From an uncultured delta proteobacterium (GTDB taxonomy: Bacteria > Myxococcota_A > Polyangia > Polyangiales > Polyangiaceae), in assembly GCA_963850305.1 (NCBI GenBank), contig CAWKKR010000007.1, positions 704,001-768,000 of the forward strand: 64,000 nt of DNA. The letters are read 5' to 3'. This document shows positions 61,701 through 64,000 of this stretch, in pieces. The first letter of the stretch is position 1, and each line of letters starts with the position of its first letter. Position numbers and translations under genes: made by a program. The notes under the pieces were generated by a model that worked only from the letters and a program-made list of their open reading frames with translations, did not search any database and was not told where the DNA came from.

Positions 61701-64000
61701 TCCGAGGTTCTCGAGGAGCTCACTGAAACGTCCCGCCTTGCTGTAGAGGCGATCCAGGCCACGGAGCGCATCCGGATTTCCCGGGTCCTCGGCGAGGATG
61801 GCGGAGTAACGCTTCGTCGCTTCGACGTCGTCGTTGAGTCGATCTTCGTACGTCTCGGCGATGCGACACAGCACTCTTCGCCGCTCGTCGCCGCGGAGGG
61901 ACGCAGCTTGCAGATCGAGGAGCTTGACGAGATTCACGTAGTCGTGAGCTTCGCCGAACAAGCGAGTCAGCGCTTCCGCCGCGCGCGCGTGACCCGGATC
62001 GGCGGCGAGCACCTGCCCGTAGAGCTCGCGGGCGGATGCGGGATCGTTCAGCTGCGTCTCGAGAATCACGGCGGCGTCACACTTGAGATCGCGGGCCTTC
62101 GGCTGATCCATCGTCGCTTCGGCGCGCCGGAGGAGCAGCGCGCCGAGCTCGGGCCACTGCTGGGCTTTGCGATAGAGCGCACCGAGGCCGTCCATGGCTT
62201 CTTCGTTGGCTGGATCCGTCGTCAGGATTGCCTGGAAGCATTGCAACGCGAGGTCCGGGCGCGAGTAGCGGTCGCGATACCAGGCGCCCATCCTCGAGAA
62301 GAGCGGATTCTTCATCTCCGGCGGCTGCTCCGACGTGGAAGCCTCATTGCAAGTCGCGAGAACGTCGCCCCAGGCGGTCGGGTTGGTCCCTGCCAGTCGC
62401 TCGATCTCGCTCGCGTACTCCTCGCACCGCGGGTCCTCGCAGAACGCCTGGGTCAGCGCCACGAGCGCCTGCTCCGAGTCCCGTAGCTCGGTCGCGTACA
62501 ACCGGCCGATTCGCGCGAGGAGCTCCGCGCGAGCCGCCCCCGGATCGCATTGCTCCGTTCGCTCGAGCAATGACTCAATCAGCTCCTCGTACTTTCCGAG
62601 TGTCCTCCGCAGTTCGTCGAGGCGCGCAACGGCAGTTCCGTCGCTCGGATCGATCGCAACGATCGCGGCGTAGGCCTTTTCCGCGCCGTCGGGGCTCGAT
62701 GCGGACTCCATATAAATGCGCCCGGCCCGGTACAAGAGCCCCTTGGCGGCGTTCTTCGCGGCGTCCTCCGTGCTCAGATCGATTTGCTCGGCCGCAAGCG
62801 CGAGGGCTTCCGCGACCTGCGCCGCGTCGGCACCTTCGGCCACCGCGGATTCGAGCGACAGCGCGGCTTCCTCGTCCTCGGGGTTTGCGAGCACGGCATC
62901 GACGCGACGGACCAGCTCCTCTTCCTGGATGGTCACGGGTGGGACCGAGACCTGGGCGGGCTTTCCCAGGCCCGCGAGGGCGCTGCGCACGGCGTCCACG
63001 CTCGCCGGGCGGCCCGACGGATCCTTCGCGAGGAGCGAGAGGACGAGCGCGTCGAATCCTTCGTGACCCAGCCGCGCGGCGCGACGGTGCTCGGGGGCCG
63101 CGGGGCCTCCGAGAGGTGCGCCACGATCGCGTCGGCGACGCTCTTGGTCTCGAAGGCGGGCTTGCCCGTGATGAGCTCGAACAGCAGCGCCCCGAAGGAG
63201 TACACGTCGCTTCGAGGCGTCGGCGCGTGACCGCGGAGCTGCTCTGGCGCCACGGTCTTCGGCGAGCTGAGTGACCACCGGTCGACGTGCCCGTTCGCCT
63301 TCACACGCGCGCGCAAGCGGTCTCCGAACGCGTCCTGGAGAACCAGCCGCGGCGCGCCGTCCGCGGTGCGATAGACGAGCACGTTTTCCAGCTTGAGGTT
63401 CCCGTGAACGAGGCGTTCGGCGTGGAAAGCTCCGAGCACGTCGAGGAGGGACTGCAACAGGTCGCGCGCTTCGTTCAGGTGCATGGGCCCCGTACGCGCG
63501 ACGCGCGCCGAGAGCGGCTGTCCCTCAATCGCTTCCTGTGCGATGTAGTGACGGCCACCGACGACGCCCGTGCGGAGCCGCCAGGGTAAGCCCTGGTGCC
63601 GGACCCGCGCTCCGAGCCGGGTCAGTGTCAGAAAGCGCCGGAGGGCCCGCTGGTCGCGGGCGACCTCGGTGCGCAGCACCTTCAGGCGGATGTCGCCATC
63701 ATCCGTGCGGGCGATGTACGTGATGCCGAGCGGTCCCTCACCGAGCTTCCGCGCGATGAGATACGGACCGAGCCGGTCGCCCAGCTGGACGTCGTCCTCG
63801 ACGGGCAGGCCGCGAAGCCCGAGCTCCGTCACCTCGGGGCTCACGCCGCTCTTCGAAAGGACCACCGCGTCGCACAGCGCTTCGAGCGCCTCGTGCTGGA
63901 TGCAGTGATCCGTCAGGGCGCGGGCGAAGGAGCCCTTGCCCGCAGTGCCACCCACGGATTCCGGCTCGAATCCGAGCAAGTCGCGGCTTAGCGCCAGTAG
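58735..64000 (-). CDS. Ser/Thr pseudokinase-TPR protein, over 1750 aa (5' end outside window); apparent frameshifts at about 63056, 60693 and 60478
   Basis: ORFs 62933..63979 (kinase fold), 60459..63278 (TPR), 60338..60628 (TPR) and 58735..60240 join into one protein with three single-base corrections; the frame is open to 64000. Confidence 0.82.

Overview
GC-rich, gene-dense bacterial chromosomal window. It is most likely from a myxobacterium (Myxococcota, Polyangiaceae-like); this is inferred from gene content (giant AgmK-like TPR protein, ETDVDCGG Cys-repeat lipoprotein, myxobacterial-type T2SS). Left to right: partial FKBP PPIase; TolC/MFP/AcrB RND efflux operon; two convergent Gly/Cys-rich lipoproteins; ftsH; GMC oxidoreductase; GDT1-family transporter; AraC regulator; beta-carbonic anhydrase; DUF3455 lipoprotein; an internally deleted NrsF-like anti-sigma gene divergent from an orphan six-Cys bufferin-like lipoprotein precursor with an ECF-type promoter; TPR protein; efp; an 83-bp structured intergenic repeat; two divergent lipoproteins; a 3740-aa TPR protein with DUF374 and class IV aminotransferase genes; ridA, recR, dnaX; a histidine kinase / 2Fe-2S ferredoxin / NtrC-family cluster; a sigma54 promoter with upstream activator-like boxes; a gspC-N type II secretion operon that includes an atypical non-cleavable pseudopilin; and a convergent pseudokinase-TPR gene that runs off the right edge. 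About seven apparent single-base frameshifts in otherwise intact genes point to assembly indel errors. No rRNA, tRNA, CRISPR array or transposase was recognised. All family calls come from motif recognition by eye, not database searches.
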